DNA from: Candidatus Latescibacterota bacterium
Lineage (GTDB): Bacteria > Latescibacterota > CBDEFO01
NCBI GenBank assembly: GCA_965248755.1
Contig: OZ252149.1
Coordinates: 3,680,001-3,744,000 of the forward strand
Direction: 5' to 3'
Length of the DNA: 64,000 nucleotides
Shown here: positions 20,099 to 29,610 of the stretch, in pieces
Layout of the letters: each line of letters begins with the position of its first letter
Position numbering within the stretch: the first letter of the stretch is position 1
Notes under the pieces: generated by a model
The model's input: the letters and a program-made list of their open reading frames with translations, nothing else
Databases searched by the model: none
Told to the model about the DNA's origin: nothing
Made by a program: the position numbers and the translations under genes

Positions 20099-21460
20099 AT
20101 GGCACTTCTGTCTCTTTTTATGCTCATTGCCCTGCACTTTGAATCGGCTTCTGCAGAGAGTCCGATCGTCCTTTCAGAGGTCATGTTCAATCCGTCGGGG
20201 AATGAGAGCCTGAACGAGTACGTAGAGATATTCAACACCAGCAATGTAGATGCGGTCGATATGGAGGGATGGACTGTGGGAGATAGCCTAAGGGATGACG
20301 AGATTGTGGAGACACATGAGGGGACAGTTTTGGAACCGCGGCAGTTCGGTCTGATTCTGGATTCGAGCTATCTTTCAGATGAATCGAGGATCTATGATCC
20401 TCTTCCAGACGATGCTTTGATACTGACCATAGACGGTAGGGCTTTCGGGTCAAGGGGACTCGCCAATTCAAAAGGGACGGTGATACTTAAGGGTAGGGAT
20501 GGGGCAGTTGTGGCTTCGTATATTTACACTTCGGAGAATAGAGACGGTCACTCGGACGAGAAGATAGACCTTGAAGGGGAGGACAGTTCGGATAATTGGA
20601 GGGATTCGAGGATAAGCGGCGGGACGCCAGGGGCCACAAATAGTGTAGATATGGACTTTATCGTCGAGATCGTCAGACCGGGTCAGGTAGTAATAAATGA
20701 GATTATGTTCGTTCCGCCCGATGGCCAGAGCGAATGGGTGGAACTATTTAACAGGTCTGATGAAGGGGCTGACCTTTTATTGTGGACATTGGCGGATGAA
20801 AGGTCAAATTCCGATCTCATAATATCCGAAGAAACGCACATAGTTCCGCCTGGGGGATATGTAGTCGTCTATGAGAGCAAAGCGATCTTTGAAAAGATGG
20901 GCGAAATTGTGGCTCTTTCCCCTCCGGGAAGATGGCCGAGCCTTAATAACGATGGGGATTCTGCCGTTATTAGAGATCCCAGAGGTGTTACCATAGATAG
21001 CGTCTCCTACGACGGTGAAAGGGGGGTAGATGGAATATCCCTGGAGCGGATAGACCCAGATGGAGAAAGCTTAGATCCGTTCAACTGGTTTCCTTCTGCT
21101 TCAGATGACGGGAGTACGCCGGGAGAGGATAACAGTGTCTTTGCTGAGAGTCTTCCGTCCGAGGTGGATATAGAGGTCTCTCCAAATCCGTTTGTGGCCA
21201 CGACTACGATCTCATATACTATCCCGTCGTCTGCCACACAAGTCAACCTGTGGATCTATGACAGTCAGGGCAGGAGGGTCCGCAAAGTGCTTAACGCCCG
21301 TCCAAGCGGATCATCAAGATCGGTTGTGTGGGACGGAAAAGACGCAGACGGCGTCAGGCTTAAGATGGGAATTTACGTGATATATTTAGAGGCTATAGAT
21401 GCTCTACGGGGTGTGGTTCACAGGGGCAAGAAAGCTGTTGCTCTGGCGTCGAAGCTCTAA
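20099..21460 (+). CDS. Secreted lamin-tail-domain protein with FlgD-like C-terminal domain
   Basis: Two (L/I)(S/N)E(V/I)MF...EYVE/EWVEL lamin-tail repeats; SPNPF...VVWDGKD...GIY tail. Confidence 0.8.
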   Translation: MALLSLFMLIALHFESASAESPIVLSEVMFNPSGNESLNEYVEIFNTSNVDAVDMEGWTVGDSLRDDEIVETHEGTVLEPRQFGLILDSSYLSDESRIYDPLPDDALILTIDGRAFGSRGLANSKGTVILKGRDGAVVASYIYTSENRDGHSDEKIDLEGEDSSDNWRDSRISGGTPGATNSVDMDFIVEIVRPGQVVINEIMFVPPDGQSEWVELFNRSDEGADLLLWTLADERSNSDLIISEETHIVPPGGYVVVYESKAIFEKMGEIVALSPPGRWPSLNNDGDSAVIRDPRGVTIDSVSYDGERGVDGISLERIDPDGESLDPFNWFPSASDDGSTPGEDNSVFAESLPSEVDIEVSPNPFVATTTISYTIPSSATQVNLWIYDSQGRRVRKVLNARPSGSSRSVVWDGKDADGVRLKMGIYVIYLEAIDALRGVVHRGKKAVALASKL

Positions 21461-21470
21461 AACCGTCCCC

Positions 21471-21914
21471 TTACTTCTGAGCTTTAGCCTCCAATGACTC
21501 GTAGCTTACGCCTTCTCCGCTGTCGTCTGAAACGGGCAAGCCGAGTTCAGCCCATCCCTTCTGGACGATTCCGCCCATCGCATCCTTAGCTCCTCCGAAG
21601 CCACCTGCCATGTTGAGTACATCCTTGTAGCCCTCTCTCTCCAGCGTCTCTGCCGCGTAAGCCGAGCGCTGTCCTGCCTGACAGCCCAATATGAGTTTGC
21701 AGTCTTGGGGGAAATTTGCCTCGACGACTTTGAGGAAATCGTCGTTGGGTATCATCTGTCCTGTGGCCACATCCTTGTGAAGTAGCGGGATATTCAGGGC
21801 GTTCTGAGGATGACCCGATGTGAATTCGGGAATCGAACGCACATCTATGTAGCTGTAGTCCTCCTCATCCATAAGCCTTGACGCCTCTTCTGGATTTATG
21901 TTCTGCACACTCAT
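21471..21914 (-). CDS. Rhodanese-like domain protein
   Basis: IDVRSIPEFTSGHP, CQAGQRS, MAGG. Confidence 0.9.
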   Translation of the reverse strand: MSVQNINPEEASRLMDEEDYSYIDVRSIPEFTSGHPQNALNIPLLHKDVATGQMIPNDDFLKVVEANFPQDCKLILGCQAGQRSAYAAETLEREGYKDVLNMAGGFGGAKDAMGGIVQKGWAELGLPVSDDSGEGVSYESLEAKAQK

Positions 21915-21949
21915 TTTAGGCTCCTTATCAATACCTTAGGTGATGTATA

Positions 21950-23575
21950 CCCCCATTCGCCATATTAGACCCGAAAAATGGTTGTCAAAGTCGCCAGAAC
22001 ATGTTATATTACAATAAATAAGACTCATAAATGGCGGATAAATATTGATCATCCAGAGGGTGAAAGAATGAAAGTAGGTTTTGATGGAGGAATAAAGCTT
22101 GAATTTCATGGTGCAAAGGTGACATCAAACGGTGGACTTCTTGCGTATCGTGACCTTGATTACGCACTGGGATTATTTGATTCGGTATCAGCGGTTTTTA
22201 CCGATAAACGCACAGGCCGTAATATCCAACATGATATATCTACTCTCCTGCGTCAATCGATATACAGCCGTCTTGCAGGATATGAAGATGTAAATGACGC
22301 CGAGCGATTATCCGTTGATCCCGTCATGCGAGCGATTACCGGAAAGAAGGACAAAGGCAGGCAAGCTGCCAGCTCCAACACGATAGGACGTTTTGAAACT
22401 GATATACTGACTCAGCATGACAATCTCAGAAACTTGTCAGATATCAATGGCAAGTGGGTTCAAAAAGCGATGAGTAAAACACAGCATCAACGAATCATTC
22501 TGGACATGGACAGTTCGGAGAGTCCGGTACATGGCCAGCAGGAAGGATCAGCTTACAACGGTCATTTCGGATGTACCTGTTTTCATCCAGTGTTCTGCTT
22601 CAATCAGTTCGGGGATTGTGAAGGAGTCCTACTTCGCTCTGGTAATGTTCACAGTGCTGATCGTTGGAAGGAAGTTCTGGAACCGATCGTCAAGAGATAC
22701 GAGAGCAAGAAGAATAGGAAATACTTTCGAGGCGATGCTGCATTCGCAAAGCCTGAGATTTATGATTATCTGGAGGGAAACGGCTATTTGTATGCCATTC
22801 GGCTTCCCGCAAATGAGATACTCTATGAAAAGATACGATACCTGCTGACTCGGCCAGTTGGACGACCGCCGAGGAAACCGATTGTATCGTTATATGAATT
22901 TCAATATAAAGCGGCCAGTTGGGATCAATCGAGGCGAGTGGTCGCCAAGGTTGAATGGCACCAAGGGGAGTTATTCCCAAGAGTGGGATTTATCGTGACC
23001 AACATGAGCGCCAAGCCAGAAGGCGTGGTACACTTCTACAATGGCCGTGGCAGAGCTGAGCAGTGGATTAAGGAGGGCAAGTATGCTCTGAACTGGACCC
23101 GACTCTCATGCAAGCGTTTCGTCTCCAATCAGGTGAGGCTCTGGCTGTTTGTTCTGGCTTACAACTTGGGCAACTTCCTGCGACGTTTTGTTCTTCCGAA
23201 GAAAATCAAACACTGGTCACTACGCAGCCTCCTCGTGAAATTTATCAAAATCGGAGCGAAGATTGTCAGACACAGCGGATATATTACGTTTCAAATGGCT
23301 GAGGTTGGGATAGACAAGAGGTTATTTGCCGAAATATTATCCCGGATTGAACGATTGCGATGTTATTCTGTTTAAACTGCCACATTTTTTTGTGAGTCGA
23401 TGGAGAGGTGTCTCTAATTGGAGGATTTAAACACAAAGAAAGTGATAATTCAGAGGAAAATACTATTTTAATTGAAAAAAGTACTTGTTGAAAAATGTAA
23501 AAGTGGTAATATTAATTCAGAAACAAGAATGTATCGAAATATAATCCCTCATGAATGTGATATGGGGAATGTCGG
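21950..23575 (+). mobile_element. IS1380-family insertion sequence, intact, 1626 bp, 5-bp TSD GTATA
   Basis: Imperfect IRs CCCCCATTCGCCATAT / CCGACATTCCCCATAT; GTATA at 21945-21949 and 23576-23580. Confidence 0.93.
21978..23375 (+). CDS. IS1380-family DDE transposase (true start may be 22068)
   Basis: TSNGGLL, AGYEDVND, LDMDSS, RGDAAF, YNGRGRAEQWIKEGK. Confidence 0.93.
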   Translation: MVVKVARTCYITINKTHKWRINIDHPEGERMKVGFDGGIKLEFHGAKVTSNGGLLAYRDLDYALGLFDSVSAVFTDKRTGRNIQHDISTLLRQSIYSRLAGYEDVNDAERLSVDPVMRAITGKKDKGRQAASSNTIGRFETDILTQHDNLRNLSDINGKWVQKAMSKTQHQRIILDMDSSESPVHGQQEGSAYNGHFGCTCFHPVFCFNQFGDCEGVLLRSGNVHSADRWKEVLEPIVKRYESKKNRKYFRGDAAFAKPEIYDYLEGNGYLYAIRLPANEILYEKIRYLLTRPVGRPPRKPIVSLYEFQYKAASWDQSRRVVAKVEWHQGELFPRVGFIVTNMSAKPEGVVHFYNGRGRAEQWIKEGKYALNWTRLSCKRFVSNQVRLWLFVLAYNLGNFLRRFVLPKKIKHWSLRSLLVKFIKIGAKIVRHSGYITFQMAEVGIDKRLFAEILSRIERLRCYSV

Positions 23576-23606
23576 GTATAATGGCTCTTCTTATGATTTA
23601 AGAATA

Positions 23607-23635
23607 ATTATAACTTATAATTCGTTCTATGTCAA
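23607..23635 (-). promoter_or_regulatory. Consensus sigma70 promoter, probably the displaced rhodanese promoter
   Basis: TTGACA-17 bp-TATAAT pointing into the IS and toward the rhodanese gene. Confidence 0.7.
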
Positions 23636-24005
23636 GTGTCGTCATCTTGAAAAATTGTGATTCGGAAATTAAAGATTGAGATTGCTTCCCCCCGGCCCCC
23701 GATTGACTCTATCGGGGGTTGCTCGCAATGACCAAAAACAAAACAAGCAACCTCATTGCGAGAGGCCATACCCAGATCCCGAAGGAGTTGGCAAGGGGAA
23801 CCAATGTCAAGATTATCTAAAAATTTCTATGGGAAGGTCGACAAATTCTTGAGAAATGCAAAGTTTCCCCATCACAGCGTTCTGCTATAAAAGTTCTTGA
23901 CACAAAGGCAGTCTTCGATGTATTATGCAGGACGTATGTGTAAAGCTGCCTCAGTGGTCAGGCTATGCGCGTGTTACTTTGTGGTAGTGGCGAACGGAGA
24001 ATCGC

Positions 24006-25778
24006 ATGCCCCGGGAGAGATCAAGAGGATCTGAACCCATCTATAAGGTCAAAGTTCAAAAAGATGTGGTGGCGGCTATGCGGGATAGGACAAAGTTGTA
24101 CTCGGATGTATATCTTCCCGACGGGGAGGGTCCCTTCCCGGTGCTGATAGAACGGACTCCTTACAACAAAGAAGAGTGCGGGGAGGTGAGCATCGGATCC
24201 CCCGAGTTCTTCGCAGAAAGGGGATATGCCGTTGTAATCCAGGATGTCAGGGGGAGCTTCAAGTCCGAGGGGGAATTCTATCCGTTCCAGCACGAAGGAT
24301 GGAACGAAAATAGAGACGGATACGATACTGTTGAATGGGCGGCTCTCCAGCCCTGGTCAAACGCTAAGGTGGGAACCATAGGAGGATCCTACACGGGTGT
24401 TACTCAATACCGCTTGGCCCCGACGCGACCTCCTCATCTTGTTGCCATGTTCGCAAGGGAGTCGTCCTCGGACTATCACGAGGAATGGGCCTACAGAGGC
24501 GGAGCGTTTGAACTGGCTTTCAGTCTGAGTTGGGCTCTTGGGTCCCTCACTGTAAAGAATCTTGCGCACCTTGTGGAAAAAGACAAGTTCGAAGGCACGA
24601 AAAAGAGACTTGAAAAGGCCTTAGAGGAGATCGACAGTTGGTATAGTTTCCTGCCCCTGTGCTCGATGCCGCTTCTGGACGGCTTAAGCGACTGGTATAA
24701 GGAATGGTTGGAGCATCCCCATGACGGTCCCTACTGGCGGCAGTGGAACGTCGCTCTGAAGCACGACCAGGTAGATGTTCCCATCTACCATCTGGGCGCC
24801 TGGTACGACATCTTCCTGAGGGGTACTCTGGAGAACTTTAAGGGGATTAGAGAAAAGGGGATGTCCGAAAGAGCCAGAAAAGGCCAGAGGCTGATCGTGG
24901 GTCCCTGGGCCCACGGCCCGGGCGAGATGAGGAAGTCCCAACTTGCAGGCATGGACTTTGGTCCTGAGGCGGCCGTTGATCCGAATCCCTTCCGCTTGAG
25001 ATGGTTCGACTATTATCTCAAAGGAATCCAGAACGGCATTGACACAGAGCCGCCCGTAAAGATATTCGTTATGGGTAGGAACAAGTGGAGATATGAGGAC
25101 AACTGGCCCCCTATCGACGTGCAATACACCGAATACTACTTTGACAGCCGAAAGAGTGGATCGGTAGAATCGCTCAACGATGGGACTTTAAGTACCGTTC
25201 ATCCTTCGGACGACGAAAGTCCGGACAGATACATCTACGATCCCCGAAAGCCGCTGCCCACCAAGGGAGGAGGGACCCTTGGAATCCCTCCCGGTCCTTT
25301 TGATCAGAGGGATGTGGAAGTACTGAGCCTGACCTACACTACAGATCCGCTCAAAGAGGAAGTAGAGGTCACAGGGCCAGTTATCTGCGTCCTTTACGGC
25401 ATGTCATCCGCCCCTGACACGGATTGGGTCGTTAAACTTTGCGATGTCCATCCCCCCGATTTAATCGGGAGTGGAAGCTCCATCCTGATAGCCGACGGGA
25501 TCATTCGCGCCCGCTACAGAGAATCGAGACAACACCCATCGCTGATAACTCCCGAGGTGGTCTATCGCTACGAAGTAGATCTCTGGGCTACCAGCAATCT
25601 TTTTAGAGAGGGTCACAGGATAAGGGTATCGATCTCAAGCAGCAACTTCCCGCGTTGGGACCGCAACCTGAATACGGGGGGAGAGTTCGGAAAAGAAGCC
25701 GTAGGAAAAGTCGCACTGAACACTCTGTTTCACGATGCCGAGCGGCCGTCGCATATAGTGCTTCCTATTAGAAGATAA
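24006..25778 (+). CDS. CocE/NonD-family hydrolase
   Basis: ERTPY, QDVRG, GGSY nucleophile, GPWAH, SSSNFPRWDRN. Confidence 0.92.
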   Translation: MPRERSRGSEPIYKVKVQKDVVAAMRDRTKLYSDVYLPDGEGPFPVLIERTPYNKEECGEVSIGSPEFFAERGYAVVIQDVRGSFKSEGEFYPFQHEGWNENRDGYDTVEWAALQPWSNAKVGTIGGSYTGVTQYRLAPTRPPHLVAMFARESSSDYHEEWAYRGGAFELAFSLSWALGSLTVKNLAHLVEKDKFEGTKKRLEKALEEIDSWYSFLPLCSMPLLDGLSDWYKEWLEHPHDGPYWRQWNVALKHDQVDVPIYHLGAWYDIFLRGTLENFKGIREKGMSERARKGQRLIVGPWAHGPGEMRKSQLAGMDFGPEAAVDPNPFRLRWFDYYLKGIQNGIDTEPPVKIFVMGRNKWRYEDNWPPIDVQYTEYYFDSRKSGSVESLNDGTLSTVHPSDDESPDRYIYDPRKPLPTKGGGTLGIPPGPFDQRDVEVLSLTYTTDPLKEEVEVTGPVICVLYGMSSAPDTDWVVKLCDVHPPDLIGSGSSILIADGIIRARYRESRQHPSLITPEVVYRYEVDLWATSNLFREGHRIRVSISSSNFPRWDRNLNTGGEFGKEAVGKVALNTLFHDAERPSHIVLPIRR

Positions 25779-25809
25779 TAGCGAGCGCAGAGACCCTGGA
25801 GAGAAAAGC

Positions 25810-26610
25810 TTGGAGACGGAACGTTCATTATCCTACGCTGACTACAAAGAGCACTACAGACTTGACGCTCTAGAGATCGTCCCTCCTGAAGATCTTCCCG
25901 CGGGACAAAGAGAATCTGAACAGCGCAGACTCCAGACAATAGTCAAGATCCTCAAGCCACAAAAAGGTGACCTCGTACTCGAAGTGGGTTGCGGCTCAGG
26001 ATGGCTTTCTGATATGTTGACCGAGGCCGGAGCGTCCGTCTACGCCTGTGACATCTCCCACTTAGGGGTGAAGAAGGCCAAAAGGCTCTTTCCAAAGATC
26101 GCCTTTTTCACTGCAGGCGACATCTATAACCTCCCCTATATCGCCCGCGGTGGACAAGGAGGACCAGACGGTTGCGGCAAGACGGGAGGGGCCTTCGACT
26201 CTGTCGTCCTTTCTGAAGTTGTGGAGCACCTTGAAGACCTGGACACGGCGTTGGAAGAGGTTAGCCGACTTTTGAAACCGGGGGGGAGGCTCTTGGTCAG
26301 CACTCCTTATAGAGAAAAGCTGCGCTGGCATCTTTGCATCCACTGCAACAAGCTTACTCCCTCCAACGCTCATATTAGAACCTTCGATGAGAAGATCCTT
26401 GAAGATCATCTGAAAAGGCACGGCCTCACGGCCGTAAAGTGGGAGATCGTTTGCCACAAATTCTTGGAACTTATCCGTCTGCCAGAACGTTCCATTAAAG
26501 TTCCCTATATATTCTGGAGAATCCTCGATCGGCTCTTCAATAGCCTGTCCAGAAAAGGGGCCTTCATCTTTGTCGTAGCTACCAAACAAGTAGGCAGCAG
26601 TCCCCGATAG
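25810..26610 (+). CDS. Class I SAM-dependent methyltransferase
   Basis: LEVGCGSG, SEVVEHL, LKPGG, CIHC. Confidence 0.85.
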   Translation: METERSLSYADYKEHYRLDALEIVPPEDLPAGQRESEQRRLQTIVKILKPQKGDLVLEVGCGSGWLSDMLTEAGASVYACDISHLGVKKAKRLFPKIAFFTAGDIYNLPYIARGGQGGPDGCGKTGGAFDSVVLSEVVEHLEDLDTALEEVSRLLKPGGRLLVSTPYREKLRWHLCIHCNKLTPSNAHIRTFDEKILEDHLKRHGLTAVKWEIVCHKFLELIRLPERSIKVPYIFWRILDRLFNSLSRKGAFIFVVATKQVGSSPR

Positions 26611-26748
26611 ACTCAATCGGGGACTGGCAATGGCAGGTGCAGTTGATTGGAGTCGACCTTCAGTATTGTGACGGATCAAATCCCAGGACAATCTCGGCTG
26701 TCTTGCTGTCTTGGCTGGAATTGTTTTGCACTTAGTTAAAGATTTTAG

Positions 26749-26777
26749 TTGACAAATGAACGGGTGTTCACTATATT
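26749..26777 (+). promoter_or_regulatory. lexA promoter with GAAC-N4-GTTC operator (26758-26769)
   Basis: TTGACA-aat-GAACgggtGTTC-ac-TATATT; 17-bp spacer. Confidence 0.8.
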
Positions 26778-26852
26778 ATAAGTTGACAAGTCGAAGATAA
26801 GGTGTTCACAACTGTAGTATTCCAAGAAGCAACAAGGATAAGGGGGTCCTAA

Positions 26853-27488
26853 ATGCGAAAGGAACTTACTAAAAGACAAAAGCAGTTCTACGACTTCATA
26901 GTCGAGTCGATCAAGGTGAGGGGCTATCCTCCGACGATCCGCGACATGATGAAGCAATTTGGAATCTCCTCTACCAACGGCGTAAGATCAACCCTTTTTG
27001 CTATCGAAAAGAAGGGCTACATCAAGCGCAACCCCTTTCTTTCCAGGGGAATCGAACTTACCGACTACATACAAAGAGTTCCCCTGGAGGGTGTCAGGGA
27101 CGTCCCGATAGTTGGAAAGGTTGCCGCAGGAGAGCCCATACTTGCTGTCGAGAACATCGAAGGTACACTGGCTGTAGATAGGAGCTTTGTCTCCTCAGAT
27201 GGCGATAACGTCTTCGCTTTAACAGTTCAGGGAGACAGCATGGAGGACATCGGCATCTTCGATGGAGACTACGTCCTTACCCGACAGCAAGAATCCGCCG
27301 ACAAAGGCGACATAGTAGTCGCCATAGTGGGAGAAGAAGCCACAGTCAAGCGTTACCAGCCCGAAAAGTTCCTCATCCGGCTGCTGTCTGAAAACAAAAA
27401 GAAGAAATACGAACCCATAGTGGTCAACAAGAACTCCAGGGGGTTCAGGATAGCTGGAAAGGTCATCGGTCTTATGCGCAAGTTATGA
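26853..27488 (+). CDS. lexA: SOS repressor LexA
   Basis: LTKRQ...GYPPTIR HTH; VAAG cleavage site; GDSM Ser and TVK Lys. Confidence 0.96.
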   Translation: MRKELTKRQKQFYDFIVESIKVRGYPPTIRDMMKQFGISSTNGVRSTLFAIEKKGYIKRNPFLSRGIELTDYIQRVPLEGVRDVPIVGKVAAGEPILAVENIEGTLAVDRSFVSSDGDNVFALTVQGDSMEDIGIFDGDYVLTRQQESADKGDIVVAIVGEEATVKRYQPEKFLIRLLSENKKKKYEPIVVNKNSRGFRIAGKVIGLMRKL

Positions 27489-27610
27489 TTCTCAACTCGA
27501 CCGGGATGCTTTGAAGCTTTATCCTATTAGGTAAGAGGCATATATCGCGTAGAGGGGACGACTCTGCTTTCGTCCCCTCCTTCTTTTGAAAAACGAGTTC
27601 CAAAATACCA

Positions 27611-27639
27611 TTGACAAACCTACTGGCATAGCTTATAAT
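27611..27639 (+). promoter_or_regulatory. Consensus sigma70 promoter of nadE
   Basis: TTGACA-17 bp-TATAAT. Confidence 0.75.
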
Positions 27640-27708
27640 TTTGATACGACTAGTCAGTCGAACGTGCAATAGATTACACATGGCTTTGCAAATCTCTCTG
27701 TAGGTAAG

Positions 27709-29460
27709 ATGCGAACTTTAAGGCTTGCATTGGCCCAGATAAACCCCACTGTCGGGGATCTTGTCGGGAATAAGAAGAGGATATTGGACTATCTTGAGCG
27801 CTCAAGAAAGGTCGGCGCGGACATTGTAGCTTTTCCCGAACTTGCCATAGCTGGATATCCCCCTGAAGATCTTCTCTTCAAGCCTGAATTCATAGAAGCT
27901 AACCTGCGCTGTCTCGAGGAGATAGTCGAAGCCTCCAGTTCCATTATCTGCATAGTCGGATTCGCGGATGGGGCAGACGACGTATACAACGCCGCCGCCG
28001 TAATCTGTAACGGAAAGCTCTGTGGAGTATATCACAAATTCTACCTTCCCAATTACGGCGTCTTCGACGAGAACAGATACTTCCAGCCCGGCTCAGAGTC
28101 CGTCGTCTTTGCAGTTAACGATATGACTGTTGGAGTGAACATCTGTGAAGATATATGGTATCCGGGAGGTCCCACCAAGGTGCAGGCCCTTGCTGGAGAC
28201 GCAGAGATCATAATCAACATCTCATCCTCACCGTACCACGCTGGGAAGGGCTCACTCAGAGAGAGGATGCTCTCCACAAGAGCCTTTGACAACACGGCCA
28301 TAGTGGCAATGGTCAATGTAGTCGGCGGACAGGACGAGCTCGTCTTCGACGGAGGGAGCCTTATCTTCGACGAGAGTGGGGAACTCATCGCAAGGGGAAA
28401 GCAGTTTGAAGAGGATCTGATCGTAGCAGACCTGGATGCGGACGCTGTCTTCCGACAGAGGCTTCACGACCCTCGACGCAGAGGAGAAAAGGAATCCCTG
28501 AAGGACACTTTGAGGAGAATAGAACTTTGCCCCATAGAGCTCAGCCATAATAAGCCTCCGCTGCCCGAAAGGAATGTAGAGTCCAACAGCAGGCTTGAGG
28601 AGATATACAACGCCCTTGTGCTCGGTGTTAGAGACTATGTGAAGAAGAACAGGTGTGAAAGGGTCCTTGTAGGCTTGAGCGGCGGGATAGATTCATCGCT
28701 TGCGGCAGTCATAGCTGTGGACGCTCTTGGCCCCCCAAACGTGATCGGAGTGACTATGCCATCGGTCTACTCATCTGAGGGCACTAAATCTGACGCTGTC
28801 ATATTAGCCGAAAACCTCAAGATAAAGCTTATAACTTTCCCGATAAATGACATCTTTTCTGCTTACATAAAGACGCTTGAGGAAGAGTTCAGAGGCTTGG
28901 AACCCGGCGTTGCGGAGGAAAATATTCAAGCGCGGATACGCGGCAACCTACTTATGGCGCTCTCTAACAAATTCGGATGGCTCGTCCTTGTGACGGGTAA
29001 TAAGAGTGAAACCGGTGTCGGCTACGCGACGCTCTACGGGGATATGGCCGGTGGCTTTTCAGTCATAAAGGACATATATAAGACCCTCGTCTATGAACTT
29101 TCAGAATACAGAAACTCAAAAGAGGGGATAGAGATCATACCGAAAAGCGTAATAACAAGGGAGCCGTCCGCTGAGTTGAAACCGGACCAAAGGGATGTGG
29201 ATAGCCTGCCGCCTTATTCCACGCTCGACCCTATACTTGAGGCCTACGTGGAACAGGACAGGAGCCTTCAGGAGATAGTATCGCTCGGCTTCGATGAGGC
29301 GGTTGTACAGCGGGTTATCGAGATGGTGGACAGAAACGAGTACAAGCGCCGGCAGGCCCCGCCCGGCATAAAGATAACTCCGAGGGCGTTCGGAAAGGAC
29401 AGAAGGCTACCTATAACCAATAAAAATACAGTAGACAGTAGTCCCCGACCCCCGATTTAA
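27709..29460 (+). CDS. nadE: Glutamine-dependent NAD+ synthetase
   Basis: Nitrilase domain (FPEL, ICEDIW) plus GLSGGIDS, ENIQARIRG, PSAELKPDQ. Confidence 0.95.
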   Translation: MRTLRLALAQINPTVGDLVGNKKRILDYLERSRKVGADIVAFPELAIAGYPPEDLLFKPEFIEANLRCLEEIVEASSSIICIVGFADGADDVYNAAAVICNGKLCGVYHKFYLPNYGVFDENRYFQPGSESVVFAVNDMTVGVNICEDIWYPGGPTKVQALAGDAEIIINISSSPYHAGKGSLRERMLSTRAFDNTAIVAMVNVVGGQDELVFDGGSLIFDESGELIARGKQFEEDLIVADLDADAVFRQRLHDPRRRGEKESLKDTLRRIELCPIELSHNKPPLPERNVESNSRLEEIYNALVLGVRDYVKKNRCERVLVGLSGGIDSSLAAVIAVDALGPPNVIGVTMPSVYSSEGTKSDAVILAENLKIKLITFPINDIFSAYIKTLEEEFRGLEPGVAEENIQARIRGNLLMALSNKFGWLVLVTGNKSETGVGYATLYGDMAGGFSVIKDIYKTLVYELSEYRNSKEGIEIIPKSVITREPSAELKPDQRDVDSLPPYSTLDPILEAYVEQDRSLQEIVSLGFDEAVVQRVIEMVDRNEYKRRQAPPGIKITPRAFGKDRRLPITNKNTVDSSPRPPI

Positions 29461-29610
29461 TCGGGGCTTCAATCGGGGATCGCTTCGCTCTGGGCTTCGG
29501 CTCACCGCAATGACTTTGTTTGGCTTCGGCGCTTATTGATTGCGAGAGGCGCAACGCCCCGAAGCAATCTCCTTGCATGCTGTCTACTCGATTTTAACGG
29601 GAGAACAGTC

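Noticed and set aside
23472..23660. Small ORF MKKVLVEKCK... (also 61637-61852)
   Set aside because: Reads out of the IS right end into different flanks; no evidence that it is a gene
27709..29460. Functional link between nadE and the possibly NAD-consuming retron effector
   Set aside because: More than 20 kb apart, and nadE is in ordinary housekeeping context
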